Positions 37,439 to 49,675 of a stretch of 64,000 nt of DNA are shown piece after piece. Where the stretch lies: positions 54,622,001 to 54,686,000 of the forward strand of contig NC_092351.1 of NCBI RefSeq assembly GCF_963676685.1, given 5' to 3'. Below the pieces are notes generated by a model. The model saw nothing but the letters and a program-made list of their open reading frames with translations. It ran no database searches and had not been told where the DNA came from. The stretch's first letter is position 1. Each line of letters begins with the position of its first letter. The stretch is from Mytilus edulis. Taxonomy: Eukaryota. The translations under genes were made by a program, and so were the position numbers.

Positions 37439-37601
37439 CAGTGTCGGATCCAGAAATTTTCATAAATGGGGGCCCACTGACTGACCTAAGAGGGGGGCCC
37501 CGCTCCAGTCACGCTTCAGTGATTCCCTATATAAGCAACCAAATTTTTTCCCAAAAAAAAAGGGGGGGCGGGCCCCCTGCCCCCCCCTAAATCCGCCTCT
37601 G
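37439..37601. mobile_element. hAT-like MITE (CAG...CTG) with 5-bp TSD; relatives at 32095-32210, 44671-44828 and 55559-55733
   Basis: CAGTGTCGGATCC / AATCCGCCTCTG flanked by GTACA on both sides. Confidence 0.7.
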
Positions 37602-40436
37602 GTACAGTCTATTTTACACGGAAATAATATTTGATTTAGGAGAGTGTCCCTATTGTTGTTGGCCAATGAAAATGACGGATTCTTCTGAAATATACATGTA
37701 ACACTCCCAAACGTGTCCTGCCTCCCAAACGTGCCTGATTCTCCCAAACGAGTATATTCTCCTAAAACGTGTCCGTAATATTCAATTTCCCCAAACGTGT
37801 CCGATTTCATAACCATCAAACGTGTCCAATAATTTTTATTCGCAAGAACGTGTCCATTATTACTCGCCACTACGTCTCACGTCTTAAAATAAGCNNNNNN
37901 NNNNNNNNNNNNNNNNNNNNNNNNNNNNNNNNNNNNNNNNNNNNNNNNNNNNNNNNNNNNNNNNNNNNNNNNNNNNNNNNNNNNNNNNNNNNNNAATAAT
38001 ACACATGTTTGGAAGATAGACGCGAAGTTATCACTTATCGTCCAGTGGCTAATATTTGATGAATGTTGAGGACTATAGGCAAAACGCAATTATACGCTAA
38101 AATATTCGTTCCATTGCCCCGGTATATCATATATACACATTAAAGGGGGGGGGGGGGGGGGGGCGATGATTCAAAACATTGTAATATTGAAGAGTATACG
38201 TAGGGGAGGGGTCGGGTTTTAGTTTTTTAGGGGCATTTTTTTTTGTCTGACTACTAGATATATTTAGGATATTTTGTAGTGTTATCTCATCCGACCTGGT
38301 GGTATCATATTTTAACATATTGTACGTCCCGACATCCTATAAATATATCGGAAAAGTCCAATTTAATAACTGTCGTTGCATGTAGGATAATTGTCCGAAG
38401 TTCCACGACTATTATTTAAATATGTCAAAATAAAGGATCCCTTAAACGAGTATTACGTATGATTCGTCAAGCATACGTACCTTTCGTCAATTTGTAAGAA
38501 AGCTCTAGTAGGCGGACACATCACTGCTTCCACTGGTAGTACCGGATCACGGCCATGCATTACGAAAAACGGAGTCTCTTGTATACTTTCGTGTTACGAA
38601 GTTCTGTAAGCGAACAAAACAAAAGGAATAAAGGTATCCCAATCACGCTGGTGTCCACTAACATACATTGATAAAATTGCGATTAATGTTCCGTTAAACG
38701 TTCCAATACGCCATCTGTTTCAGGATGGTATGCTGTTCTATAAGTTTACAAATTTCTTTCAAGGCTTGATCGAAAGTTTTTCTACTGTCTTGGAGCCCAA
38801 TGACGCAAAACAACATCAATACGGTAAACATTTTCATTAACACAATAAAGTTTCCTAAATCTACGTTGCATGAAAAATCACACAGAATATCTAATCCGGT
38901 AATACACTGATAAGAAAAAATACTATCTACTACATAAACATATAATACACAAAATCACACTAATTTCCAATCTTGAATTGAATTTTATCACCCGACTCCG
39001 AAGTGATACATACATTATTTACTCCCGATACATGCCTACTGACTGTTGATTCCATATCAACTAACATTAGACGCTTCACATTTACTCGTCATCCTCTGAT
39101 TTTGGCGACACAAAAACTTCGGATTTGAATAACATGTAATACCATTTTACATTTGAACATCTGAAATAATCTTGCGGGAGAGTTGAGATTAATAGTTAAT
39201 GAGAGTGAATGGATGTGTCTAGATATAAAGCAATGTAAATTAATTCAAGTGTATATTTTTGAACCTGTTTATAATAAATATGTATATATGAACACGAGTC
39301 TTAAAAGCCAGTGCCTTATAACAGCTCCGTGACAAGGCCACTTGTGAATGATGTTACAAAACATATACACCACGCCTTACTCATTAACATATTCAAACGA
39401 ACTCATCCTGCGGATTTGTCGTTTAAATATGTTAACTCGTAAATAGCGTGGTACATATAATACTTAATGAATGGCCATAATTTATTTTGAATTTATTGAA
39501 CTATAATATTAAGTTTTGACTCTTCACATTTAACTGAATATTCGCGAATTATGTAAAATGTGAAAAGAGTCAAAAAATAATTTTATGGTTCAATAAATTC
39601 AAAATGAATTATTGCCATTCATTATAAATAAATTTCTATAAAAAATAAGGCTCAAAGAACTTTTTATATTAATCATATTAACAATAACAACGTACAAACA
39701 TGTTGGCGTATGAATACACAACGTCAGAGTTGGCGTGTCGCCATAAAAATTAACGACATTGAAAATAAAAGTAATACTTTTAACCAACCAGAAGACAGTA
39801 ACTAAATACACCAAATTAATTTATTACTGTATGCATGATAAAAATGTATTACTGACTAATTGTATGCATGATACAAATGTATAATTCCTGACTAACTGTA
39901 TGCATGATAAAAGATGTAAAACTATTCAGGACCTTTTTTTTTTTTAGAATTTGATGCTCATTTTTTAAATTTCATTGGGAGTAAAAGTGTTGACCAAAAG
40001 ACATTTTGTATGAAGCGCAGAAGCAGTTCATTTTATAAATCTATACGATTCCTATAAAATTGTAAAAAGAATCATTCAATTCTTATTTTCATTGTGCTAA
40101 TAGTATGAAATCAATATTTATAAAATGTTTTTTCGTTTGAATTTCTATATATTATTTAAACATTAACGCGCATAGCACGTACACAGTGTCGGATCCAGAA
40201 ATTTTCATAAATGGGGGCCCACTGACTGACCTAAGAGGGGGCCCGCTCCAGTCACGCTTCAGTGATTCCCTATATAAGCAACCAAATTTTTTCCCAAAAA
40301 AAGGGGGGCGGGCCCCCTGCCCCCCCCTAAATCCGCCTCTGGTACAGTCTATTTTACACGGAAATAATATTTGATTTAGGAGAGTGTCCCTATTGTTGTT
40401 GGCCAATGAAAATGACGGATTCTTCTGAAATATACA

Positions 40437-41762
40437 TGTAACACTCCCAAACGTGTCCTGCCTCCCAAACGTGCCTGATTCTCCCAAACGAGTATATTCT
40501 CCTAAAACGTGTCCGTAATATTCAATTTCCCCAAACGTGTCCGATTTCATAACCATCAAACGTGTCCAATAATTTTTATTCGCAAGAACGTGTCCATTAT
40601 TACTCGCCACTACGTCTCACGTCTTAAAATAAGCGCTAACACATGCATGTCCCAAAATCAATGACGTTTACGGCAATTCTGTGATGAGGGACACAGTTGT
40701 TGAAGTGGTCATTTATTAGCATAAGCTTGTTCCATGCAGTTGTTAATGATTAGCATAAAAATTATTGCAAATTTAATCTGTATCAAATGAATTGGCTTTT
40801 GACTGAAATTGATTATTGTCTAGTTGCAAGTATTTCATGCGCATTTAGCAAGCATACATATAATTCTTGTACTGTCGAATTAATTGTTTACTATGTTAAT
40901 TATTTTGTACTAGTAAACTCCGTTGATGCCTTTTATATTAATCCGAATATTGCACCTTTTTGTCAGCAGAATTGACTTCCTTTCTTTCAACAGTTCTGAT
41001 ATTTTAAAAGCTCTTAAAATCATAAACTGGTTATCAGGTTTTTCAATAAAATTTAGGTTTCGAACATCACTAAAGACACATAAACAAGAGACATAACGTC
41101 CAGTGGCAAACATTTAATGCATTATTTGAAAGATATCAAGTTAGCGATACCTTTGATACATTTGTCAATTCGGGGCCTTTTTTAGCTGACTATACGGTAA
41201 GGGCTTTGCTCATTGTTGAATGCCGTACGGTTACCTATACTAGTAGCTTTTTAATTTCTGTGTCATGTGCTATCATACCAAATCTTCTTATTTATACTGT
41301 AAATATGTTATTCTATCATACCGGGAATTTAAGATTGGACCTAACTTCTAACGGCTATTTTGGACTAACACTAGGTGGGATTTTAGTTTAAAAAAAATAA
41401 GAGTTAGTTAAGACCGAATTTTAAATGACTTCAGTGAGAAACGCGCAGAGAATGTGACATTCTCCCTTCACGAAGTGTCTGATTTAATTTCTTCACGCAT
41501 TTATGATACTGAGAAGAATGATAATTCCAGTAAAAAAAAAATCGGGGGATGGGACACGTTTATTTATTTATTTATTTTTTTTTTTTAAATGGACACGTTT
41601 ATACAAATGACAAGCTTTGACGCTTTTTTACATCTTGACATGTTTTGCAGTTCAGTGACATCGATGGGAACACGTTTGGGGGAATCGGACACGTTTGGGG
41701 TGAATTTTTGGGTTTTTTTTGGACACGTTTGGGGGATGAAGGACACGTTTCTGAGTGTTACA
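40437..41762. mobile_element. TIR element with subterminal AAACGTGTCC repeats
   Basis: TGTAACACTCCCAAACGTGTCC at left and GGACACGTTTCTGAGTGTTACA at right; ends 37 bp from the lectin exon-1 donor. Confidence 0.7.
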
Positions 41763-41799
41763 GAGTGTTATAATGAATTTGTCAAATTTTGTCCCTTAC

Positions 41800-42124
41800 C
41801 TTCGATTTTCTGTCGAAAAGCAGATAAAGTATTATCATTAGACGTCTGTAGTATGTCCACAGCTGTTTGAACTGTTTTATCCAAAATATTTTCCACGAAA
41901 TCATTCACTGCTTTAGAAACAGACTGGTTCACGTGTTTTGCTACTAATTCCTTAAGTTGTAGGGTTAGACTTGAAATATCTAACTCTGCTTTGAGGGGTG
42001 CATTTAGTTTCGTTATTAATGGTATGTCAATTGCTGTTTCACAGTTGTCATGTCCACAAGTATTCGAACACACGTTTTCAATAATAAAGAGAGTGAAAAG
42101 AACGATTGCAGATACTCGCAACAT
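41800..42124 (-). CDS. Collectin-like lectin, exon 1 (signal peptide, Cys-containing N-terminus, coiled coil)
   Basis: MLRVSAIVLFTLFIIENVCS hydrophobic leader, NTCGHDNC, amphipathic helical segment; GAAG|GTAAGG donor; phase 1 matches exon 2. Confidence 0.75.
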
Positions 42125-42263
42125 TCTGATTTTTTTGGTTAAAATAAAGCTGTGTGTTAAGAAGATCCCGGTTTTATATCTCAAATCCGTTAATTTTTTT
42201 CTGATAATATAACACATGTCGAGAGGGTCTGGATGGTAAGTAGGAAAGTCTACATTTCTGCAT

Positions 42264-42297
<34 letters not shown>

Positions 42298-44558
42298 ATT
42301 TAAGGTGTTATTCTTCTTCATTCTTTGTGTGAGTTTTTTTGTTGACCTTTTTTCGTAATTCTTTTATCAATTCACTACTATCTTATATCTATAATTTTGT
42401 GACTTCGTTTCTATTCCCCCCCCTTTTACCGGTATTTTCTATTTTGTAAACCGCATTCATACCCTCTGACACGTATAACTAATTGTCTGTTTTAAACCCG
42501 TAATAACGTTAAGATCGTCTGGTTTTTTTCCCTCAGAATAAACGGAAGAACTAATTTTATCTGTGCATGCATGTACATAACCTATTCTTAACCCAAAACG
42601 GGATAATTAAAACATAACATCAAAACAATTTAATCAGTAAGGAAATTGAACAACAAATTAGAAGCCAAAAATTGCGTTAGTGGCTTTTGATTAAAGGCGA
42701 GAAGGAAAACAAAAAGTTTTTCTTTAACCTCCAAGAAAATGTATTTCTGAACTTGTGACCTACGAATAGTTCAATCTTCTAAAGTACTATAATTGACTTT
42801 TCCAAAAATAGATGCCGGTCGATTAATTCCATCTTAAGACCTCTCCAGGAAATGAGAGGTTTTAAAATAATTATACAATATAATAGTCTGTCAATCTTAT
42901 AATGATAATATCGGTTACTTCGCTATACTTTTACCTTCGACGATTAGAACCGGTGGAAAGAGGTATGAATTTATATTAGATTGAATGAGAATAAAAATCG
43001 TAATGTTTTGTTATATTGGTAAACACAAATGCCAGGAAACTTCAAAGTTTGTTCTTTTGCTAAACTTTTAAGCCTCTGATTAATTTTTTGTTCATCTTTT
43101 CTGAATCTAACTTGTTTCTATAGTATTTGATCGACAAGGACTACGTACACATGCTCATATTATAATACTTTTTTGACGGGATTTAATAGGGAGTTAGATA
43201 GGACGTTATCACAGTCGGCATTGGAACTCACCAATTTGAACATGTGGAATATAATGCTGTCAGAATATTTTGGGGTTTTCTCTAGAATGTCCTCGTCTGA
43301 ATATATGTGAAATATTTGCAGCAGGGCCTTAAACAAACCACATTTAACCAGTTATGCTTTCTTTCGTGAAATAATTACAAAAATATTGAAAACAATAAGT
43401 GGAATTATCTTTTGGATACATTTCACAAGACAATACTATTACACTGTAATCAATAATTATCAATGATAAGTTTATAATGACGTGTTTTCTTCATGGAATT
43501 TTTTAATTCACATGTGACGTAGATAGCTTAGTGACGTATCTCACGATATTCTGGTTGACCAGTGAGACGGTTCCATTAAAATTTTACGAAAAGTTTCTTG
43601 TATTAACAGAACGCCATATATGTTCTTTTAAATATAATTCAAATTCATTGGAATTCTTTAGTTACTGTAATATTTGGTACTGAGGCCTGACATTCTAGAT
43701 AGGAATAAAATACATTAAGTGTAATTATAATTAAAATGTTTGTTTGACGAAGGACGTTCTGGACAGGGATTTATTCTGAAATCTTTTTTTTGAAAAGGTA
43801 TATAAATAATACTATTTTACACCATATATATATTTATACATGTATCATTTGACAGTTAGGCTTAACGTAAAAAAAAGAATAGATGTACAACGCATCAAAC
43901 ATTTACGAAAATCGATTGAAAATAAGTAATTTTATTTATCAAAGAATATATTTGAAAATCAGGCATCAAATATGTCGTGAATAATTATTCAGTTCACAAT
44001 GAAAAGATTCAATACTGTTATGTACAATGTAGCTTCATTGATCTAATCATTATTGACCATTAACAATTGTAATGCTTAACAAATGAATGTGGCATGTTTT
44101 GATCTGTTTTAAATATTTGATGTCACGACTTGCCCGACACCCTCAATTTATTGCCTTTAATCAAAAGTATTTTTTTATATGTTATAGGTATTATGATTTG
44201 CATTGTAGCTTTGGTTTATTCGTTGATTTTAAACGATACTTACAGCACATTTGTGCTATTTTCTTGGCGGTCATTTTGTATTGCTGGGGGAAGCTGGAGT
44301 GTGCGAAGCAAACCACCAACCTTTTGTAAGAAAACTGACAATCCTAGTCGATTCAGGTTGGAGTCGGGCGGCACTGCTCCACTGGATTATAACTCACAAA
44401 CTACTGTTGACAGACTAGAGATATACATGAAGTAGTTTGACTACTAAAACCACAAGGCTACCAAGACCCCATATTGTATTTTTTTAAAATGAACTGTCAC
44501 ATACAAGATGACAGTAAAAGATAAAAACAAAAATAAATGTATTTCTTTTTTACAGGAA

Positions 44559-44613
44559 ATGTTCAGACTTGTTATTGTGATGTCGCTTTGTTTGTTCATA
44601 GGAAATTCTACAG
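44559..44613 (+). CDS. S1A serine protease (chymotrypsin/elastase-like), first coding exon (signal peptide). Full model: join(44559..44613,47413..47668,48216..48306,49504..49675,51274..51425,52312..52542), 318 aa
   Basis: TTTTACAG acceptor at 44555, MFRLVIVMSLCLFIGNST, CAG|GTAAAT donor; phases are consistent through all exons (957 nt). Confidence 0.8.
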
Positions 44614-44990
44614 GTAAATATTTTAATTCATTAATTAATTTGTCTTGCTGTTATGTTTTGTCAAGAAACCCAGGGCGGATCCAGCCATTTTAAAAAGGGG
44701 GGGTTCCCAACGCAGAGTAAAGGGGGGGGGGGGGGGTTCCAGCTATATGCTCCCATTCAAATGCATTGATCGGCCAAAAAAAAGGGGGGTTCCAACCCCC
44801 GGAACCCCCCCCTCTGGATACGCGCCTAAAACCTGTTAAATTTTCGGATCATTCACATTTTTTTCAATTACATTTGCTTATCTTATTCAATCAGATTTAT
44901 TTTATATACAAACATAATTAATTTCTGTGTCATTTGGCCTCTTGTGGAGAGTTGTCTCATGGGCAATCATACCATATCTTCTTTTTTTTA

Positions 44991-46350
44991 ATAGAATAGA
45001 ATAGAATAGAATATTTTTATTTCCCAAATTACAGGGCCCATAAAGGGCATAAAATCAGATACAATTGATTTACATAATTGGTAACAATAACAATGGAGGC
45101 ATATACATATATATTTGGAATATAAGCATTGGTCAGAATCAAGCTAAAAACCACATACATTGTATATATTGTGAATAAAAGGATAATAAAATTACATTAT
45201 ACATGTATATGTATTTATTCTCAAATTATTTACTTGACTTAGTGTCAGTGTTCATACCTGATCTCCTTAATTCAAAACAGTCACAAATATAACAGCCCAG
45301 TTTTTCCATAAGAGTAACATTTTCTTGGGTCAAGAGCCATAAAAATTTAGAAGATTTATTTAAATTTATAAAATTACAACAGTTGTTAGAAATGTCTTTA
45401 AAAAAATCGTCCCTTTGAATATCGTAAAGAGGGCATTCTAATAAGAAATGAAGCTCATCTTCAACTTTACCAAGTGAGCAATTAGAACAAAGACGCTGAG
45501 ATCTTTCTATATGCTTTTTTGAATATCTGTCTGTCTTTTTTTAAAGAGTGAGCACTTATTCTTAATTTACAAATTGACTGTCTTTTTTTGAAGTTCTGCA
45601 ATTCTAAATATTTTTCTTTTTTAAAACAATTTTTTATAGAAAAATAAGTACCAAGCTTCCCTTTTTGGGAGTTAATTGTTTGATACTTAAGTTTATTCCA
45701 AAATGTGAAATAACTTTTACATAGTTTATTTTTAACATACTGACATAAAGAACCAATTGATTGGTCAAAATTTGGTAATTCAATCTCTCTCTGAATATAA
45801 TCTATACTAGAATACCATGTATTTACATTAGAGCTATGTAACTGTTTACAACATATAAATGCATCAAATAGTAATCCTTCTTTCAACTGTTCCAGTCTAT
45901 GACAATATTTTAACATTGATAAAATTATAGTAAAATACATAGGAAATCTACCAAGCTCTGACATTACAGCAATATTACTTGACTTTCTGTTTACACCAAG
46001 AATATATTTCATAAATTTGGTATGAGCTTTTTCAGAAGAATCCTGACCAAAGACTTTTTCTAATATATAATCATTATCTTTTTTACAAGCAGCTGAATTC
46101 GTTCTAAACATTCCCCATATTTCACTGCCATATAATAGTATGGGTTTAATTGTATGATCATAAAGATGTAAAAAAGAGGCAATACTAGGGTTGGATGATG
46201 ACAAGCATCTCTGTAGCTTAAAACAAGCTTTTAAAGATTTGTTGTATAATTCATCTTTACACTGCTTAAATATACCACTAGGAGTAAATGTGATTCCAAG
46301 ATATCTATATAATTTTGCACTTTCAATCTCTTTACCTCCAAAATGTAAAC
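44991..46350 (-). mobile_element. 5'-truncated RTEX-like LINE in protease intron
   Basis: ORF 45482-46204 with IKPILLYGSEIWG, MSELGRFP, KLRISAHSL; EDELHFLIEC after a frameshift; AATAAA and (TTCTA)n tail at 44991-45020. Confidence 0.82.
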
Positions 46351-46539
46351 AACATTTAATATATTATATATAAGATAATACACGAACACATTTTTCTTTT
46401 TCAAACTGCTTTCAATCTAAATACTGCAACGGAAGACTAAACAGCTACAATATGTACAGCAAAGACTTGCAGTTCAATGTAGAGAACGGTCAATCTGATT
46501 AAAATTCAGACAGGGCTATAGTAACTCGCGCGCTATTCT

Positions 46540-46835
46540 GAGGGGGAGGACAGGGGGTACCCTTCTCCCTTCTCCCACCCCTCTTCTCCTTTTTCCTACC
46601 CCCGTTCTCCTTTCTCCCATTAGAATAAAACATCTCCTTTTGAGATATTTTATCTTGAAATATTAGAAAAAAATTTAAATGGAGAGATATTTTATTTTTT
46701 CTCCTTTCTCCAACTTTTTCTCCTTTCTCCCAGCCTTCCTCTCCTTTCTCTTACCCCCTTTCTCCTTTCTCCCACCCCCTTTCTCCTTTCTCCTACCCCT
46801 TTCTCCCTGTCTCCCTTACCCCTGTCCTCCCCCTC
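46540..46835. mobile_element. MITE with GAG...CTC termini and internal pyrimidine-rich tandem repeats
   Basis: TIR GAGGGGGAGGACAGGGG / CCCCTGTCCTCCCCCTC with TATTCT on both flanks; TTCTCCTTTCTCC repeats inside. Confidence 0.75.
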
Positions 46836-47412
46836 TATTCTCAGTCTTATGAGCATAAAGAAATCTGAGATATATAATTAGATTCAGTGAACGGCCATTA
46901 AAAAAAATGGATAAGATAGAAACCCATAATTATACAACTTTAAACAAAAGTAGTCTTGTCACGTAAAAAAAGGAAATGGTAAAACGGGACAATCGGAAAT
47001 CTAACGTCGAGGAAAAGACCCGGATATTGCCGAAGTAACAGACGAATAGACCAGCAACACTGAAAACATTTTTACGTAAAGGCCGTTACCGCCATATATA
47101 AAATTGTCGTCGCATTATTCTCCGGAATTAAAAATCAAGGCACTCTGAATTTTGAAATCATACAGGCCTCCTGTGAGCATGATAAATTGTGATACGTTAT
47201 ATCACCCTTTAATCTATAACTTTATTTTAACCAAAAAATTGAAACGAGGATGTCATTAGTGAGCCGTCATAGTGCTCAATTCATTTTGTTTCTTTAGAGA
47301 GATAATATCACATTTAAGAAGTAAGTTTCTACCCATTTCGGTAATACTTATTTCCACTCTAGCCTATAATATTTGAACTAATAATTGTCTTTTTCATTAA
47401 TATAACAAACAG

Positions 47413-47668
47413 CTGGAAAAAAGTCTAGAATACTAGATAGTCTTATAGTTAAAGGAGAAGAGAAGAACAAGGTACCAGATAGTTTAATGGTGAGAAATGG
47501 AGGGAAGACCAGGGTACCAGATAGTTTTATTGTTGGAGGTCGCGATGCTTCATTAAGTTCATGGCCGTGGCAGGTTGGACTAATATCGGCTTATGGTGTA
47601 TTCTGTGGAGGTACACTTATAACGTATGACGTTGTTATAACAGCAGCACATTGTCTGGACGGATCAAG
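47413..47668 (+). CDS. Serine protease, coding exon 2 (propeptide, IVGG, catalytic His)
   Basis: PDSF|[24 protein letters not shown]; AG|GTAAGC donor. Confidence 0.93.
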
Positions 47669-48215
47669 GTAAGCTTTTTTTAGAATTGAAAAATATGTAA
47701 TCGGGAAGTTAATGTTACGCATGTGGAACAGGGTGTGCTTACCATTTCGGATCGTTTTATATCGGTACCAGGTTTTTTTCTCCCGAGAGTCCGTATTGTC
47801 AAACATTGTTTGCAATACTATAAATCTTTGTGATTTTTAACCGAATTTTTCGATGGAAAATCTGTTATTGATTTGGAAATGTACGGAAGGCAGATATCCG
47901 TGCGGGAAGCGCACAGGCGACTGCCAAAACAATGTCCGTGCATTTACTCATGAACCGTTCAACGAAATCTTTTCAAGTTTTAATATGTTGCTTCTTATGA
48001 AAAGATGATGGTCAAGTTATATTTAAAAAGATTTTCTTTTTCACCGTTCAGGAGTAATAAATCTTGAAAGATTGAAAAATGGTGTGTCAGTCGTGTCCGT
48101 GATACAGCAGTTCGACTTCTAGGTCACCGAGGCCCTATATTTTAATTTTACATGAAATGCCAAAATGAAGGTAGATATGACACTAAAAGATTGTTCAAGC
48201 TATGTTTTCTTTTAG

Positions 48216-48306
48216 GAGACGTGGGTTAAGTGTTGTAGTAGGAGAGTACAATAGGTATTTCTGGGAGGGTTATGAACAGTATATCCCAGTGAAAAGCTTC
48301 AACGTG
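48216..48306 (+). CDS. Serine protease, coding exon 3
   Basis: TTTTAG acceptor, GTAAGT donor; RRGLSVVVGEYNRYFWEGYEQYIPVKSFNV. Confidence 0.9.
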
Positions 48307-48680
48307 GTAAGTAATAAATTACAAACCTTTTTCGTTTGCAAAATATATTTATACATATAAATTACAGTGATTTCCAAAAATGTTGAATAGTGCATCAGTC
48401 GTTTCATCCGAGAAATCGATTTCAGACATGCAACAACGAAAACAAGTGACGGTCAAGATAAGGCGACTTGGAACAAACCCTAAATAACGAAAATTATATG
48501 TGGCTAAGATTAAACTGGTACAGGAACAAAGATGTTAATTAGTTATAACTGTTTTAAGAACTGATAAATATATATTAAATTTATCTAAGTTTTTGTCAAA
48601 TTACTTTTTTATAACTTTTTTATACTTAAAAACATTGCCTTGTCACGGATAATTTTGTGTAATATGTAATATATCTGTTG

Positions 48681-48744
48681 TATATATATATATATATATA
48701 ACTCGTCTAAACATCAACCCAACAATGTTAGATCTGTAAATTTA

Positions 48745-48781
<37 letters not shown>

Positions 48782-49207
48782 TACGTCTGAGTCAGTGACA
48801 ACCCTACAACAGATGTATCCATCGGATCGCCATCAATGATGGTGATACATGGCTGTGTACATAATGTATATACAACTCGTCTAAACATCAACCCAACAAT
48901 GTTAGATCTGTAAATTATATAATTTAGCTGATCTGTAACAATAACATCTTCATGCCTTATATATCATGTACTGCAGTACGCCGCTAGATTAAAACTAACG
49001 TGGAAAGGTAACACACGGCCAGCGAAAGCTCTTTTTTTGAGAGCCCAGGTGGTCGTGTGGTCTAGCGGGACGGCTGCAGTGCAGGCGATTTGGTGTCACG
49101 ATATCACAGTAGCATGGGGTCGAATCCCGGCGAGGGAAGAACCAAAAATTTGCGAAAGCAAATTTACAGATCCAACAATGTTGTTGGGTTGATGTTTAGA
49201 CGAGTTG

Positions 49208-49238
<31 letters not shown>

Positions 49239-49243
49239 CGAGT

Positions 49244-49293
<50 letters not shown>

Positions 49294-49425
49294 ACTCGTC
49301 TAAACATCAACCCAACAATGTTAGATCTGTAAATTTGCTTTCGCAAATTTTTGGTTCTTCCCTCGCCGGGATTCGAACCCATGCATATATATATATATAT
49401 ATACAACTCGTCTAAACATATATAT
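48681..49425. mobile_element. (TA)n-embedded tRNA-related element with several inverted terminal fragments
   Basis: A-box-like TGGTCGTGTGG (49050) and B-box-like GGGGTCGAATCC (49116); 3' end ...GATGTTTAGACGAGTTG(TA)n repeated in both orientations between TA tracts. Confidence 0.7.
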
Positions 49426-49503
49426 GTTGAAGAATTGAATAATGATAAAAAAAAAAACAGCATGTGTGTGAACAACATTATAATATCTTCATCTTCTTTT
49501 CAG

Positions 49504-49675
49504 CATCCAAATTATGACAATAACTTTCTTAAAGGATATGATATAGCCATATTATTTCTAGAAAGAAATGCTACGCCATCTTATCGTGTCAAGCCAATTC
49601 CTGGTATTGCTCACAAAACGCTGTATTACACAAAATGCAAGTGTTTCATTACAGGATGGGGAATCAAATCAATGG
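49504..49675 (+). CDS. Serine protease, coding exon 4 (catalytic Asp)
   Basis: HPNYDNNFLKGYDIAIL...CFITGWG; G|GTAAAT donor. Confidence 0.93.

Larger units (their letters stand above)
35242..40634. other. Near-identical direct duplication (35242-37894 vs 37995-40634) across a 100-N gap (37895-37994); probable assembly artefact
   Basis: Both copies end exactly at the gap edges; visible differences are almost all homopolymer or single-base indels. Confidence 0.9.

Noticed and set aside
49042-49138. Functional tRNA gene
   Set aside because: A and B boxes are present, but the acceptor stem and anticodon arm do not pair properly and it is embedded in a repeated element.
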